DNA of 64,000 nucleotides from Enoplolaimus lenunculus (Eukaryota): NCBI GenBank assembly GCA_030248215.1, contig JASANG010000611.1, positions 1 to 64,000 of the forward strand, read 5' to 3'. Shown piece by piece: positions 50,905 to 64,000 of this stretch (position 1 is its first letter; each line of letters starts with the position of its first letter). The notes under the pieces were generated by a model. It saw only the letters and a program-made list of their open reading frames with translations, ran no database searches and was not told where the DNA came from. The position numbers and the translations under genes were made by a program.

Positions 50905-52880
50905 AACATTTCTTTTGAATCTTTGCTGCTATTGAAACGGTTTGTATATTTTTCGCACCTATAACCTCGATAATCGCATTTTCGCCTAATCTCATAGCTG
51001 TAGTGTTATAAAATTTGCCATTTTCTTTAAAAATCTGTATTTTGTCAAGCGTTCGCGACTATTTTGCCAAAACCTTATAGTTTGTAGTTTGCAACACGTA
51101 AAGGTACAATCGGACGTTTGCTCTGGTTCCGGCTGTTGTAGAAAATAGACCGCCGGCTACAGTTCTAAAATTAAACTTGACTAATGAATCAAATTCTTTA
51201 CTGAATTTGATTTTGGACAGCAATCATTTACGCAGTCTAAGGATATTAACGTTTAGAGACTAGTTGTTAGTAATTTTAGACTATCCATTTACAGATTCTA
51301 ATGCGGGGAAATGGACTTTTCTTGATTCAGACTCAAAATTTGGACCAAAGACTCTTAGTACGCCGCTGCTCTTATTCGGGGTCACTATAGTTGTAAAAAA
51401 TTTTTGTATTTTTGCATAAGCTGTGCCATTCAGTGGGTTCAGGCAGTTGATTGTAAGTTGAAGTCAATTTTGAAAGTTCTGATTGTACAGTGAGGATAAC
51501 TTTGAAAGTTTTAATTTACCAAAAGCTATCAGAAAATCTTAAAATCAATTTTTGAAGACATTCAGCAGATTTGTGTTAACATTATCAAGTTCAACATCAT
51601 TTGTATTATTTTTCTTTCACCTCTGGTTCCGGCTTCGGCGAAATTGATTGGCTACAGCTCCATTCCGGTGTGGCCACCTTTGGTTATACCCTGGTCGACA
51701 AGCCATGGTCCCGGCACCGAAATAAAACCTTATTTATATTGCAACGTTTAAGATTTTTTGCCGCTGAACAAGCCGAGGTCTGCCTCTGGCTTCGAGAAAA
51801 ATCGACCACTAGCTCAAGCAGATTGTTTGCTGGAGATTTCGGCAATTTCGGTATTAATGAGGTTTTTCGTAGTTTTACAAAAATGTGCCCGTAAGCGAAC
51901 TGATTTCTACCTTTAGGACAATTTTTAGCAGGCTTAATCGCACAGATTTCTCAAAAAGAATATTTTATGAACATTTTTTCAAAAAGTTTGCAAATTATGA
52001 GTTAAAATTCGTAAACTGACCTTTATTTTAATGACCTAATTTTGCCTCACCTCTGGCACCGGCAAAATTTGTTCACCTCCAAACTTCGGCTTAGGTTTTT
52101 GACTTTTGGATGTCCCCTGCATTTTATCTATATTTAAGCACTGTTAAATGGACTATCCAGAAATGTTTGACGGGCGCGGAAAAAGCCAACCAAATTTAGA
52201 AAATGTCTATTCAAACACGTGCAACTTTGGCGTTGCAAGTGTTTGCAAAGATATTTTATTTTCATATTGAATCTTGAGATGACATCATATGAATGATTTG
52301 CAGACTGTAATAAATGTCAAACATAACCTATATGTTATCATTCCAGCCAATGATCAAAAATTAATTCGACTTGGAATGGTATTCATTGCTGTAAACTAAT
52401 TAACTGTATAAGTATATTAATAAGAATTTAAAGCGGTAAGTTTCAGATAAATGAAACATTAACGCGCGAAAGTTTTAGTCCAAATTCTTTAAATTATGAA
52501 GCCTTTGCAATTCTACAATTTCCATTGAGTGCTTTAATTGATGGAAAACTATTCCAGTCACGATCGTCGTAGATTGCGAAATATATATCAAACAAGTTTG
52601 ATATTTGAATTCAAGCTTTTTGAATTAACTCACTGTCTAAATAAACTCAATAAGCGGTCAGCTGCGCAGTCTTTGGCCTATAAAAATGCAAGAAAAGAAG
52701 GTCAAGCAACCTGTTAGAATTATTTTCAACTAATCACGAGAAGTTCAGAACGCTTTTGTATGCAATCTTACGAATGTAAATTGCACATGTAAGTTTTAGT
52801 GCACCAAGTCTCACGTTCATTGAATACGGTTTAAGAAACTTGGTGGGCTTAATGAAAAAATTCATACTTAGTATCTATAA

Positions 52881-53144
52881 CCCTTTCACTCATAGAGTAT
52901 ACTATGAGTAACTAAACACAATAATGTACGAGCAATACACAAATTATGAGCAGTGTTTAATATTTATAACATATATGCGCAGTGCAAAATCTCCACAAGA
53001 CATGAGAACCTACTCGGGCTCGAGCGTCAAGCTCCTATAGCTCAGTGGTCATCGTAAACGCCTCCCACCCGTTAGGCTGGGGGTCGAATCAATACCTTAA
53101 AATTACATCTCATATGATATTGAAAATATTCATGTGAGAAAGGG
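52881..53144 (+). mobile_element. piggyBac-like MITE carrying a tRNA-like cassette
   Basis: ATAA-CCCTTTC...GAAAGGG-TTAA; internal TAGCTCAGTGG (A box) ... GGTCGAATC (B box). Confidence 0.75.
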
Positions 53145-54232
53145 TTAAAGATGAGACAAAAATTTACAACATAGTCCCATAACGCATCGTTTCAATGGCC
53201 TGTTGTTGAAAAAGATCTATTCCTTTATTACAACTTATCGCATTCAAACCAAAGAAACGAAGAAAACAAACAAATTGTTTCTGCATCAAACTGATATTTA
53301 GCTTCCATTCGAAAGCCGTACTCGTTCTACCAGCATTGGCTCCTGCTTTGATGAGAAATTTGGTCTGTTGTGGATCAGGACTGTCCACTTGGGAAGGATA
53401 CTTTTTGCGCGGGAAATTTTCCAGCTTTAAAGTGCGCTTCTGGCCAATTTTTCAATGTATAAAGATTGACCGTTTGGGCGGATAGTGCAATAAATTTTGA
53501 ATTTGCGTTGAACCGGTCAGTCTAGGTAGGAACCGGGACTTCAGACATCGTTAACTAAGCAGCTAGAAACGCGGGCCTACAGAGCGGCGATTGAACTAGC
53601 GGCCTTAGGACTCCGAAGCAAGCGCTCTATCACTGCACCATGCAGCCCGCGCATCCAACTACGTGTTTCGCCGACTATATGTGTCGACAGCAAACTACCT
53701 GCAAGCATACTGGACAATGTGCGTTGCATATATACAAGCATGTCATATGCTTCCTTACATACCTCACCGTATATGTCTTCTATTTTGGTTATAAAACACA
53801 GTGCCAGCTTCGTGTGAACCATTTGCATTGCAAACCTTTCAGTACGATTTTTGAGACGGCCTGGAGGCCGTCTCTATTAAAAGCAGTTGATGTTCGGGGT
53901 GTAAATTTTACCAAATTTGTAAAATGCAAAAAATGATAATTACAACTTATTTAATGAAATTTTGGTTTTCTAGGGTAAATGACAGTTGTAAAAATTTAGC
54001 TTTCAACAACAGGGAAAAGAACTGAATTTTTTCGAGGGTTGGTTCACATGTGACCCCCTAAAGTAACCCCTATTTACCCCCCCTGATTTTGAAAAACCTA
54101 TTTTTGATCTTTAAATGTTTAAAATTTGCATAATTTTACACCTAGAATCAATGATACGTATATTGTGTATTACATAATATATACGTTTTGCGTAGGACTA
54201 TTAAAATGTTTGTATTATAATAGTTGCATCAT

Positions 54233-54297
54233 GACCCAGTGGTCGAGTGGTATAGGTGCTGGACTGCGTATCCCCAGTTTGTGGGTTCGATCTCACC
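54233..54297 (+). mobile_element. tRNA-derived SINE head or tRNA pseudogene
   Basis: A box GTGGTCGAGTGG and B box GGTTCGATC at tRNA spacing, but the acceptor stem does not pair. Confidence 0.55.
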
Positions 54298-55192
54298 AAT
54301 TTCGGTGGGTGTTATCTTTTTTTTTCGATTTTGTATTTCAGATCTATAGCTGTATTTTTAAATGTTAGTAACACCTATCACAAGTTGCTGATAGGCAGGG
54401 TGTAAACCGACAATAAAAATAACGGAAGCGTAAAACGGATATTGAAGTACAAAAGTTTCAACGATGTTATATTTTTCTGGCACCGCAATTGAGGTACCCT
54501 GATGATTGGTCATGTAGCTTTCTAATAATTGGTGAGCTTTGAAATTCAGCATCGTATTTGTAGATTTGATTTGTTCTACTTATGCGCAGAATTTGACATC
54601 CGAAACCATAGAACTTCATGATTTTGAAAACCCATCACTAACTGGTTTCATGGTGCTTTACACATTTTAGAATATGGGTCTATTGTTAAGTTGTACTGAA
54701 AGTTTAAGATTTCAAAACAGGGGCGTCCGCAGAAAATTATAGTTTGGCGGGAACACCGAATCATTTTGCGGCGGCCCTACAATTGCATCTCAAGATGTTT
54801 ACTTTTGGACCTAGTGAATTTGGGGGCACCAGCCAAATTTGGAGGAGGGCACGGCCCCCAATGTCCCCCCATGATGACACTCGTGTTTCAAACAGATCCA
54901 CACTCATTTTATCAGGCAGAAGCAATTCCACAAATAGGCAGATATAACAAGCGCAATCGGATAATTTAGCATAAGCCGCAAAAATTAAGGTCTTTTCATT
55001 CGGCTCGCCAATTTCGTTATCGTAAAACAAGAATTTTCGCAGAGAGAAAATGTGTAATAGAACTTCCCTTCTAGGATATATAGTTAAATGAAATGACGGC
55101 AATTTAGTGATAAACTGCCATTACGGTTGAGTCATTTAGGTGCGTTCCAGTTCAACTTCAGCATTGAATCTTGATCTTAGGCTATTGCTTAA

Positions 55193-55351
55193 CCCTTTCT
55201 CACATGAATATTTTCAATTTCATATGAGATGTACTTTCAAGGTAAGATTTGAACCACAGTCTCACGGATGGGAGGCGTTTACTATGACCACTGAGCTATA
55301 GGAGCTTGATGCTCGTGCCCGAGTAGGCTCTCACGTCTTTGAGCGAAAGGG
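55193..55351 (-). mobile_element. Second, shorter copy of the TTAA-flanked tRNA-containing MITE
   Basis: TTAA on both sides and CCCTTTC TIRs; reverse complement matches about 53000-53144. Confidence 0.8.
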
Positions 55352-58036
55352 TTAATAGTTTTACGGCCGCGAAATGTCTAATTGCTGCGGATATTAGCTC
55401 AATTGATTTCGAGTAATTAATAGAATTCTTTAAAGAATTCGCTCGAGTATTTGTTTACCCCGTCTCCCTTGCCGCTTTTAGGGGCTGCTTGTTCTAATAA
55501 AAGTCATGCATTCATACTCATACCCTCCCATAGATCCGCTTGTGAATTTTGGAGGTTTAAAAATGGGACACGTTTAATTTTTACAGCACAGTCCTTTCCT
55601 TTATATAACACATCATCTCTCGATTGACAACTGTGGAAGATGTCTTTATATTATACAATTGACCGGATTCAATTCTTATAAAACGAGAACACACAAGAAT
55701 TCAAGTGTTCACAAGTCGATGTGCGAGTTCATAAGAATTCTTTCTCGAACTTTTGCAGTCTTTTATTTCCAAAACACTTCATACAGAGCAACAGCAACAA
55801 CAACAACAACACGGGCGTATACGAAGAGGAACGCTCAAAGGGGAGATAGCGTTTCCTAAAATTTCGACAGATATAAGTAAAACATTTTTAACAGAATTCA
55901 GAATAGCCATATGGATTGTAGAGGTCAGTAATTTTTTTCCTGTCTCTCAAATTATTTTCGGTGGAACTGAAATCCTGGTTGCGATCCTGAACAATAAACT
56001 GGATTGTCGAGTTGTTGTGTTGCGCATATGTATTTTGTTGCGTCGTTTGCACACTGTAGTTTTATATCGCGATACCACGCCATTTTACAAACATCCTTTT
56101 ATATTTTTGACTTTTATGAATTTTTTTTTCGCTGTTGACTACGGGTGTGGATAGGGTGAGGTGAGAATTGAGACGTTTTATTTGCTTGGTACACAAGCTA
56201 CAAGTAAGTAACTTGCTTGTTTATTCATTCGACGGAGAAGATTGGGCTACTGGTTTTCGTGCGCCATCGTCAACATTCAGGTAAAAGTTGCGTAAATTTT
56301 CAACAAAAGTCGTAAATGTTTTGTGTATCCAGCAGGCAGCAGTGGGGGTTTCCCCCAAATTTGCCGAGTAGGGGGCCTCCAAACTCGCGAAAGAAGCGAG
56401 CGAAAAGCCAGACGCATTTTAAAACTTAAGCGGTTTTTGTTTCAACCGGTTCGGGTGGGGTCCCCTTTAGTTGCGGGGCCTCCCAAATGGGGGTATGGGA
56501 GGCGGCTGCTCCGGCCCTGGACAGTGTTAGCTTAACTGAAAGTGCTCATAATCAAAGCTTTTAAATGTCTGTACTACAATTCTGAAAATAGTTAATCTGT
56601 AGCAGTACGAAATATTTTTTGTTTTAAATTAAGTATTACTATTTTATATAAAGGGTTTGGGCAAAACACATGCGTCTCAAGTGGATCGTACGGAAGGCTT
56701 CGATGTAACCAAAACGGTGGACTCGCAAAGCGTAGCCTTGGTCCTACCAAGATATGAATTTAGTTTGGACAAAAATTACTGAAATTTCCAGATACGATTT
56801 CGCCTGTGTCTAAAAGTTTGATACAATATTCGTTTCAAGCGCATAATCAAAGTATTCCTTTTATTTATTTATTTCAGTTGCTATCCTTGTCTATCCCAAC
56901 TATTGGTTTTACAACCTGATCTTCTGACCTTAAAATACAATTTTGCTTCAATAGTATTAGATTCCAAATACCGAGTTTGCACTGCAACAGTTGACAAACG
57001 TATAATCTGACATTGTCAAAGGTGCAAATTTAAATTACGGTAAAGCATACCAGGATATAATATTTCAAGCCTTCCGGATACAAAGTCCGTGTCTAAATTT
57101 TCGATATTTTACAATATTCGTTTCATCTGCACATTTAAAGTAGCCTATTTATTGCTGTGTATAGTAGTTTTTTTTGTTGTAAAATTTAGTTATTGACTGT
57201 ACTATTTATTTCAATATACAACGGGCGGGTCTGTAGCAAAAGGGAGGACAGGGGGATGTCTGAGCACCCGTGGAAGAATTTGCCCCACCCCCTTGAAAGT
57301 TTTCAACCTTACATGTATAAATCGACGAAAACCTTTGTATGCTCCTGCTGAAAGTTTTTTCGCCCCACTAAGCAAGGTGAGCTGGCTACTGGCATGACAA
57401 TGGGGCTATTTTAAACTATTTCTTCGTACTATTGATATTGAGTTTATTTTGCACACATACTGTCAGTGTCAGTCAATACAATATTTTGTTGTACAGCAGT
57501 CATTTTGTTTGTGCACTATTTACAATTCGAGCTCACACAAAATTTTCGCTGACTCGTATACCAATGTTTAAGCACCCCCCTCCGCATCTACCGTTAATAC
57601 TGATGCATTTATTTCTATTTTCATAGAATTAAATTGTTGGCACAGGGCTGCAACCATGGATGAAGGGGTCAAAACTGCGACGTCGCCACACCCTGTAGCA
57701 ATCTTCGCGAGTGTAGGACTGATAAGTTTTACGATAATATTAAAAATTCTATCTTATAGAAAAGTTTTTCTTGCCCTTTGAAAAAAATTTTAGGGCCCCT
57801 GTAGTAGGAAATCTTTTTGTGGGCCTTTGTTAAGCGTTTTTTCGCGTATCATAAAAATGAAGCAGGCTACTACAGTCCTACTCAGTAGAGCATTTATCGT
57901 TTTGTTTCAAGTGTTTCACTGTTAGCAGTTATTTAACACTGCAAATATGTGAATCATTTAGTCAAAGAGTAAGTTAGAATTTTTGATTGTCTAAAATTTC
58001 AATTAAATAGCCAGCCGGTTATCGATGAAGAATTTA

Positions 58037-58340
58037 AAACCCTATTCACACGTGCAAATTTTTGCAGCGAGAACTCGCAGCTGCAATTTTCTCGAAATAT
58101 ATATTTGCTGCTGCAAGTATTTTTAAAGGAACATTTCGATTGACCAATCAAACTGCCGGTGCAAGAACTTCAAGCGACTTGTAACTGCATTCATACGTGC
58201 GAATTAAATTCAATAGCATGAATTCTAGTTAAGTATTTGAAGCTGCAAGAACTTCAAAACTGCTTTGTGACCAAACTTGCGCGTGCAAGGTGCACGTGCA
58301 AGATTTTGCTGCAAAAAGTTGCACTTGTGAATAAGGCTTT
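58037..58340. mobile_element. Palindromic MITE (Harbinger-like); related copies at about 42450-42690, 52205 and 63976
   Basis: TIR AAACCCTATTCACACGTGCAA / TTGCACTTGTGAATAAGGCTTT; TGCA-rich interior. Confidence 0.75.
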
Positions 58341-58902
58341 AGAAATCTTGTTTCAGTTTTGGTTGATGCACCCGATAAGCATACTCACGGAACTTTGAAT
58401 CATATTTTATATTTTGCTAAAACAATGGTGCGAAAACGTACAGTGACGGATTTATAATTTTCCAGCCTGTGAAAATACAAAATCTTGTGTTTCGAAGCTT
58501 TGAAGTTTTGAAACTCGTTGTAAGCTAATTTTTAGATATTTTAAGATTTGGGAATGGTGCCTTTGGTTTATCACCGCGTCATATTTTTCGCCTGTTTGAC
58601 TAGAAAACGCATTTTGTGCTTCAGATGAACTGTTTGTATCGCAAATGTTTGAGCACTGCAGGGTTTTGCGGCAGAGATATATTTATTCATCTCACCTGAA
58701 TCCGCAACAAAATGTTTAGCTCTCCGAGTGTACACAAGGGGATGGATCAAGAGAATATATCACCCCTGAAATTTCTGGTGTGACAAGCACTTTTTGCAGG
58801 CTCCAAAATATGAGTACAAAACAATTTTAGTAAGGGCATGCGGGAAAACGACATTACTCACAAGCTAGGCGATCAAAACTGTTCCAGAACACCAAGCAGT
58901 TA

Positions 58903-59125
58903 AACAGCAAAAAATGGTGAGTCAAATTAACTCTTCCCGAACTAGGCTTTTCCGGACTACACAAACTGAGTCAAAATTCGACTCCGCCAGACTCACATTC
59001 GACTGTAACTGAGTCCCTCGGTGAGCCTAATTTGACTCTGCTGGAATCGAATTTGCCTCAGTTTGCGTAGTCTGGAAAATCCTATTTCGTAGAGAGTCAA
59101 TTTGATTCACCATTTTTTGCTGTGT
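58903..59125. mobile_element. Long-palindrome (foldback) MITE, TA-flanked
   Basis: ACAGCAAAAAATGGTGAGTCAAATT... versus ...AATTTGATTCACCATTTTTTGCTGTG; the arms pair over most of the length. Confidence 0.8.
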
Positions 59126-60761
59126 ACTAGGGATGCTGTGCCTGCGCCACATTCTGGCGGATCCATTGTCGATGGGTAATGGTTAAAAATAAAATACTCG
59201 CAACGATGCTTATATGCTTTCATATTTTAGCAAAATATGTTCGCTACTAATTGTTCTTTGAATAAGCAATGACTGTAAATAATAAGTTGTATGTACCTCC
59301 AGCGACGCGTACCATGGCAAAAGCATCGCGCTGTATATTCTCATGCAACAATTGCAAAAAAATTTTGATCGTCAATGCATGTTTTCTTTGTTTATCGTCA
59401 ACTGTGTCACTTTCTATTACAATTCCAAACTTCTTGCAAGCAAATAATAACTCAATATTCGTTCGTTTTATTTCATATTGAGATGTTTCTTAATATCTTC
59501 ATTTTCTTTGTTTTCAAGTGTCTTCTGTAAGGAAACATGTTGAAAAAATTAATCTGTTAACAAGTCGCGTGCGCTGCAAACCGCAACTTGCTTCTGCATA
59601 GACGTGGGCGTCACCAGAATATTGAATTAGATTCACCATTGTGGCTTTTGAGCTAAACGTATAAAAAGTGGCTGTTTGACACGGTTGAGCCATTGTTTTT
59701 GTCAGATTTTATAAAAATTGCGTAGAAAACCCTGAGAGGTGCACCCAGTTTTTCCATTGCGCGTATCCGTCGGCGCGCAGATCCTTCAGTTTAAAAGTCG
59801 CCAAACTTTTTTTATACTTTTTTAATCTGACGCATTGTTCAGTTATTTGACCGTTCTTCGTTAACCCCTTCTGACATGAATATTTTCTGTTTCGTCCGAA
59901 TTGAAGCCTAGCTTTGTGCATTTATTTCACTTACGAACATTGCGCTGCGTGAGTTGATCATTGTCAACTTTATGTGAGAAGAGGTTAACCAAACGTCGTC
60001 ATCAAATGAAAATTTTTGCGACAGATTCTGTCAGCTTGTCTTTTGCGGTATTCGTAGTTGCATGGTAATGGGGGAACAGATGAACCATATCCCTCAAGTG
60101 TGGCTTACCCCCCTTGGAACGCAGTTATACTAAAAGGAGTGAGAGCTGATTAAATATCCGAATTCTGTTATAAACACAATTTGGCGTTTGGTTCTTTCCG
60201 GAAAAATTTACGCTCAAACAACCCGAAACCTCCAAATGTAAGACCATATTCTAAAAAAGTACTTCATGCATCATCAATTAGTAGCAGATTTTTAAATTTC
60301 GGTATTCCAGCATTCGCGGACCTAAAGATTTACGCAGAACCCGAGTAGATTGAATGCCAAAAATATGTACTAAATTTCAAAGTTTAAAAAGTTCTTGCTA
60401 TTCCAAAAATAGCTCACCTATCGACAGTTGGCTATAATTTCCAAATACATTTATGATTACAGATACAAAAATGATTGATTACTTTTCCACAATTAAACTG
60501 TTTAAAAATATTGCGTGCACACTATACATCTCTGAACGTCGTCCTAAATTTTAAACTATAATCTCGTCAGCATCGTTTTAAGTCAAACATAAAAAAGCAA
60601 TTGTTTTACTTTGTTAAACTGTCTCAGTGGTTCTCGTCTATACATTTAATATGTCGGCTATAAAAAATTTAAAAGCAATCTTCAGTTTTGCTAGAACTCA
60701 CCTTGTAGTTGCACGACGCGGAAGACAGGAAAAACACTTATTGAGGTTAATTGAGAACTGC

Positions 60762-60973
60762 GGCTCACGTAAAGACCAGTGGCGGAACGTTTTCTAAGGG
60801 AGTGCAATAGAGTAAGCTTAAGCGTTAAATTAGTTTTTGCTTGGATTAGGTTTAGGCTGTGGTATAAGTTCTTTCCTACGCTTAGGATTAGGCTTAAGCT
60901 CAGGCTTAGGCGTAAGCTTAGGCTTAGGATTACACTTATACTACTATTTACAGCCCTGTTTTCTACATTGGAC
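60762..60973. mobile_element. Family-A TTAGGC MITE
   Basis: GGCTCACGTAAAGACCAG / CCCTGTTTTCTACATTGGAC; TSD AGAACTGC/TGAACTGC. Confidence 0.85.
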
Positions 60974-61799
60974 TGAACTGCCTACTTATTAACTTTGCAA
61001 ATGTTTTCAACCACATTTGACGCAAACTTAAAGCCAAAAATGAGCATAAACTAGTTGCACATCTGTTTAAATGTGTTCAATTTACAATACTTAAGCAATT
61101 CTATGATATTTAGTAAAATAGCTAATTTTTACCAAACAAGGTACTCGTTAAAAATAGTTGATTGAGTCGGTTTGTGTTGTAAACATGAAATTAATTTTTT
61201 GACACATCATTGTTCAATATTTAATAAATAAAACTTTGGAACAAACGACAACGAAAAAGCCGTTGCAACGATCACAACCTGTATCGAAGTTATTAAACGT
61301 TCCGGTTTTTACAACATCCGCATTAACACGTGTACGTAATACAGTTTGGCTCTTATGCGCTTTCACGCCACATTCAAGGTTACGGTTTTAGACTTAGTCT
61401 TAATCTCAGACGATTGCTTAAGTATAGGTTTAGTCAAAACTAAACTTAAATTTACCCTTACGTAAAACCCATTTCCTAAACCTGAGCCGTAGCTAACGGT
61501 TATGGGAGAGGGACAAGAGCCGAACTCGTGGTGTATAAGGTAGTTTTCAGGGGTGGTCGATAGCCACCGGATATTTGTTTCTGCATTGAGTTGGAAGCGG
61601 ACGCTTTTTGGATTCAGTGTACAACTTTCTCACTTGTTTCTGAACACCTACTTAGAAAAAAAACTAGCATTCGAAAGGATGTCATTGTGTTTTTGTGAAT
61701 AGCATTTCAACTCAACAAATAATAACGTGGTTGGTTTTATTTATTTCAGCAGTTGTGAAAAAATTATAACTTTAGTGCCTTAATAATAACAATTACGAA

Positions 61800-63924
61800 A
61801 TGGAAATTTTAACGTATATTTCGATGTTATTTGTTACGTTGATTTGTCAGGTCTCAGCCGGTGAGTCGGGTTTTGTTATAGGTTTGGCGCTTACTCACAG
61901 GCTTAAGCTTACAAAAAGGTTTACCGAAGCCTAAATCTTAGCCTGTTCCTAAAGCCTTTTCCAAAACCTAAATTTAAGTCTTGACTTGAAATATGGACGG
62001 GGAAGTGTACAAGAACCGCCAGTTTGTCGGTACAAATTTGTTGCTAAGTTTCTATTAAGGACATGGCCTTAGAGTTTGCATCCCAGTGGTATCAGTAACA
62101 CCATATAATGGACACTTTCTTATTTAACCGTTAAACAATTTACCAATTTTCAATTTAACCGTTAAACAATTTACCAATTTTCATCAAAAAACATATTTTA
62201 GTTGTTTTTTCGGTGCCGACTTTATGAATGTAAACTACTGTGTGCACCACTGGGTGTCTGAGTGTAATCTAATGGCATATCCATGGCATTTTCGAAGAAG
62301 GATCTGAAGACAGTGAGTATGTTGAAACTTCCCCTGTGAGTATGCAGAACGAAAAGTTGTTTTGCATTTAACCTACGATGTTTGAACATTTTAAGACACA
62401 TTTAAAGCAATACGTCTAGTGGCAGTATATATATTTATTTCTATATTTATTGATTTATTTATATTTATATATAATATATATATTTATATACTGCCGAAAT
62501 AATGGTAATTTCAAAACACATCACAGTTTCATAGTTGTTCACTAATCAACTGTAAATTTAAATTTTTACAGACTTTTATTGTCCTGCCGATAAATGTGAA
62601 TATTGCGACAATCTTGGATGTCCAGCTGATATTGCCCGATGGGAAACCCAAGAAGAGTGTGATGCGAACTGCCCGCCTCGTAAGTACTTACAATTTTAAT
62701 AGATGCAAATTGTCGGCTGTTGGTAAAAATCGCGTTATTTGAAAAGGTTTCGCCTGAAATACACGAATCCACGACTATTTTAAGCCTACGAAAACCAAAA
62801 CCTACCTTCGGATGTGCTCACTGGCTGATCCAAGAAAAAGCGACCTAGGCCATGGGGACTCAAATGGCATTGGATACGCCACCGGAGAGCAAAGTTTTTA
62901 CTACTAAAATTGCGTTTGGCTTCTCACTTGCTTCGCTCACGATGTATCTACTATTATACCTTCGCAGCAACGTAGTCAAAAAATTTCTGTATCCAAAACT
63001 GGCTCGGTTTCCAGCAAAAACACCACAGTTTTCTTTTCAACCAAAAATTTTGCGACCATAAAAAGCTGCGCAATCTGTTCCAGTAAGCACTGGCAGATTC
63101 AGGAGGGTCAATGCAGCATAGACTTTCCAGCAAAAATCAAAACAACGATTTTGTACTGTATTGACCCGAATAAAAGGGCGGTAATAAGAGGGGGTCCCCA
63201 TTTTGAGTCTGAATCAATAGGAGTCCGTATCCAAAATAAGAGTCCGTAAGCGGACATGGTCCCTAAACCGTAATTAGAGTCCATAAATGTCTATTCACCC
63301 TAATTGGAGCGCAGAAATGACTCCAGGAACAAATAATTTGAGTTCGAAACTTTAAAGCGTACTTAAATTTTGAAAGTACATTCCTAAGTATAACCTTGTA
63401 TTATCGCATAAGCTATTGACGCAAGACAAATAAACAATTAATTTAACGGATAATTGCAGTACCGGATATATATCAGTAACGAAGGGAGGCGGAGCGTGGG
63501 TTAAAAATCAATAGCAGTAAGTAACCGAATAACAAGGAGTACCCTCTGGAGAGGCCAAATAAATATCAGTCCCCCCTCTTATTCGGGTCACTACAGTATC
63601 AAGGTTTAACACTAAAATTGCGTCTGGCTTATCGGTTGTTTTGCTCGAGAGGTTTCTGAAACTATAATATCTCACGGATTCCCCCACGCCCTTTTTGAAC
63701 TTTCTGGGTCTGCCACTGTCAATGAGGAACATCTATAGCTTATGACAAATATGGCGTTCCAGAGCCCACCTGCTACTTATGTCGAGAAAGTGGATGCGTG
63801 CCTGCGTACGATATGGGATGTTTCGCAGGCCGAGAGCCAAACTTTAAAAGCCTCGTTGAATGCAGTTCCCAATGCGAAACTGATACAGGCGATAACGAGA
63901 TTGATCAAAATATTGTTTCAGCGG
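61800..63924 (+). CDS. Secreted Cys-rich protein with atypical Kunitz-like modules (5' part; continues beyond window)
   Basis: Exons 61800-61860 (signal peptide MEILTYISMLFVTLICQVSA, GTGAGT donor), 62572-62679 and 63739-63924. All junctions are phase 1 GT-AG, and each module exon has 6 Cys ending in ECxxxC. Confidence 0.8.
63156..63596 (-). mobile_element. pogo/Tc-like MITE, full copy, intronic
   Basis: TA-CTGTATTGACCCGAATAA ... TTATTCGGGTCACTACAG-TA. Confidence 0.9.
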
Positions 63925-64000
63925 GTAAATTAATTAAATATAATTTTAATATTTTTCCAAACCCACGAGTGTTAAGCACCATTCACTTGTGCAAAATTTT

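Noticed and set aside
53031..53095. Functional tRNA gene (also 54233-54297)
   Set aside because: Acceptor and anticodon stems do not pair properly; the 53031 copy is embedded in a repeat.
55753..56154. Poly-Q ORF and antisense poly-Cys ORF
   Set aside because: Both arise from a (CAA)n microsatellite; no other coding support.
56650..56760. Neuropeptide-like reading TCVSSGSYGRLRCNQNGGLAKR
   Set aside because: No signal-peptide exon could be linked and several frames are equally open.
62303..62335. Hammerhead-like CTGAAGA...GAAA
   Set aside because: Stem II and the flanking stems cannot form.

Overview
AT-rich, intron-containing invertebrate genomic DNA. TTAGGC repeats and TTTCAG/TTTAG acceptors suggest a nematode-like animal (inference). 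Genes reconstructed by hand: POLR1C/RPAC40 (2 exons); a 16-exon S9-family peptidase with a mutually exclusive exon pair carrying the catalytic Asp; a minus-strand Cys-patterned gene with a deleted piggyBac in an intron; three intronless, highly divergent iGluR/IR-like receptors that seem to lack the M2 pore loop (one has a premature TAG); a 3-exon peptide-type GPCR; a 3-exon ammonium transporter with a very long C-tail; and the 5' part of a secreted protein built of atypical half-Kunitz modules, invisible in the ORF track. Non-coding DNA is packed with small transposons: telomere-repeat (TTAGGC)-bearing MITEs with 8-bp TSDs, hAT, pogo/Tc-like and palindromic MITEs, a Helentron/DINE-like element, a nested solo LTR and TTAA-flanked MITEs carrying a tRNA-like cassette. 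All exon structures are manual predictions without RNA evidence.
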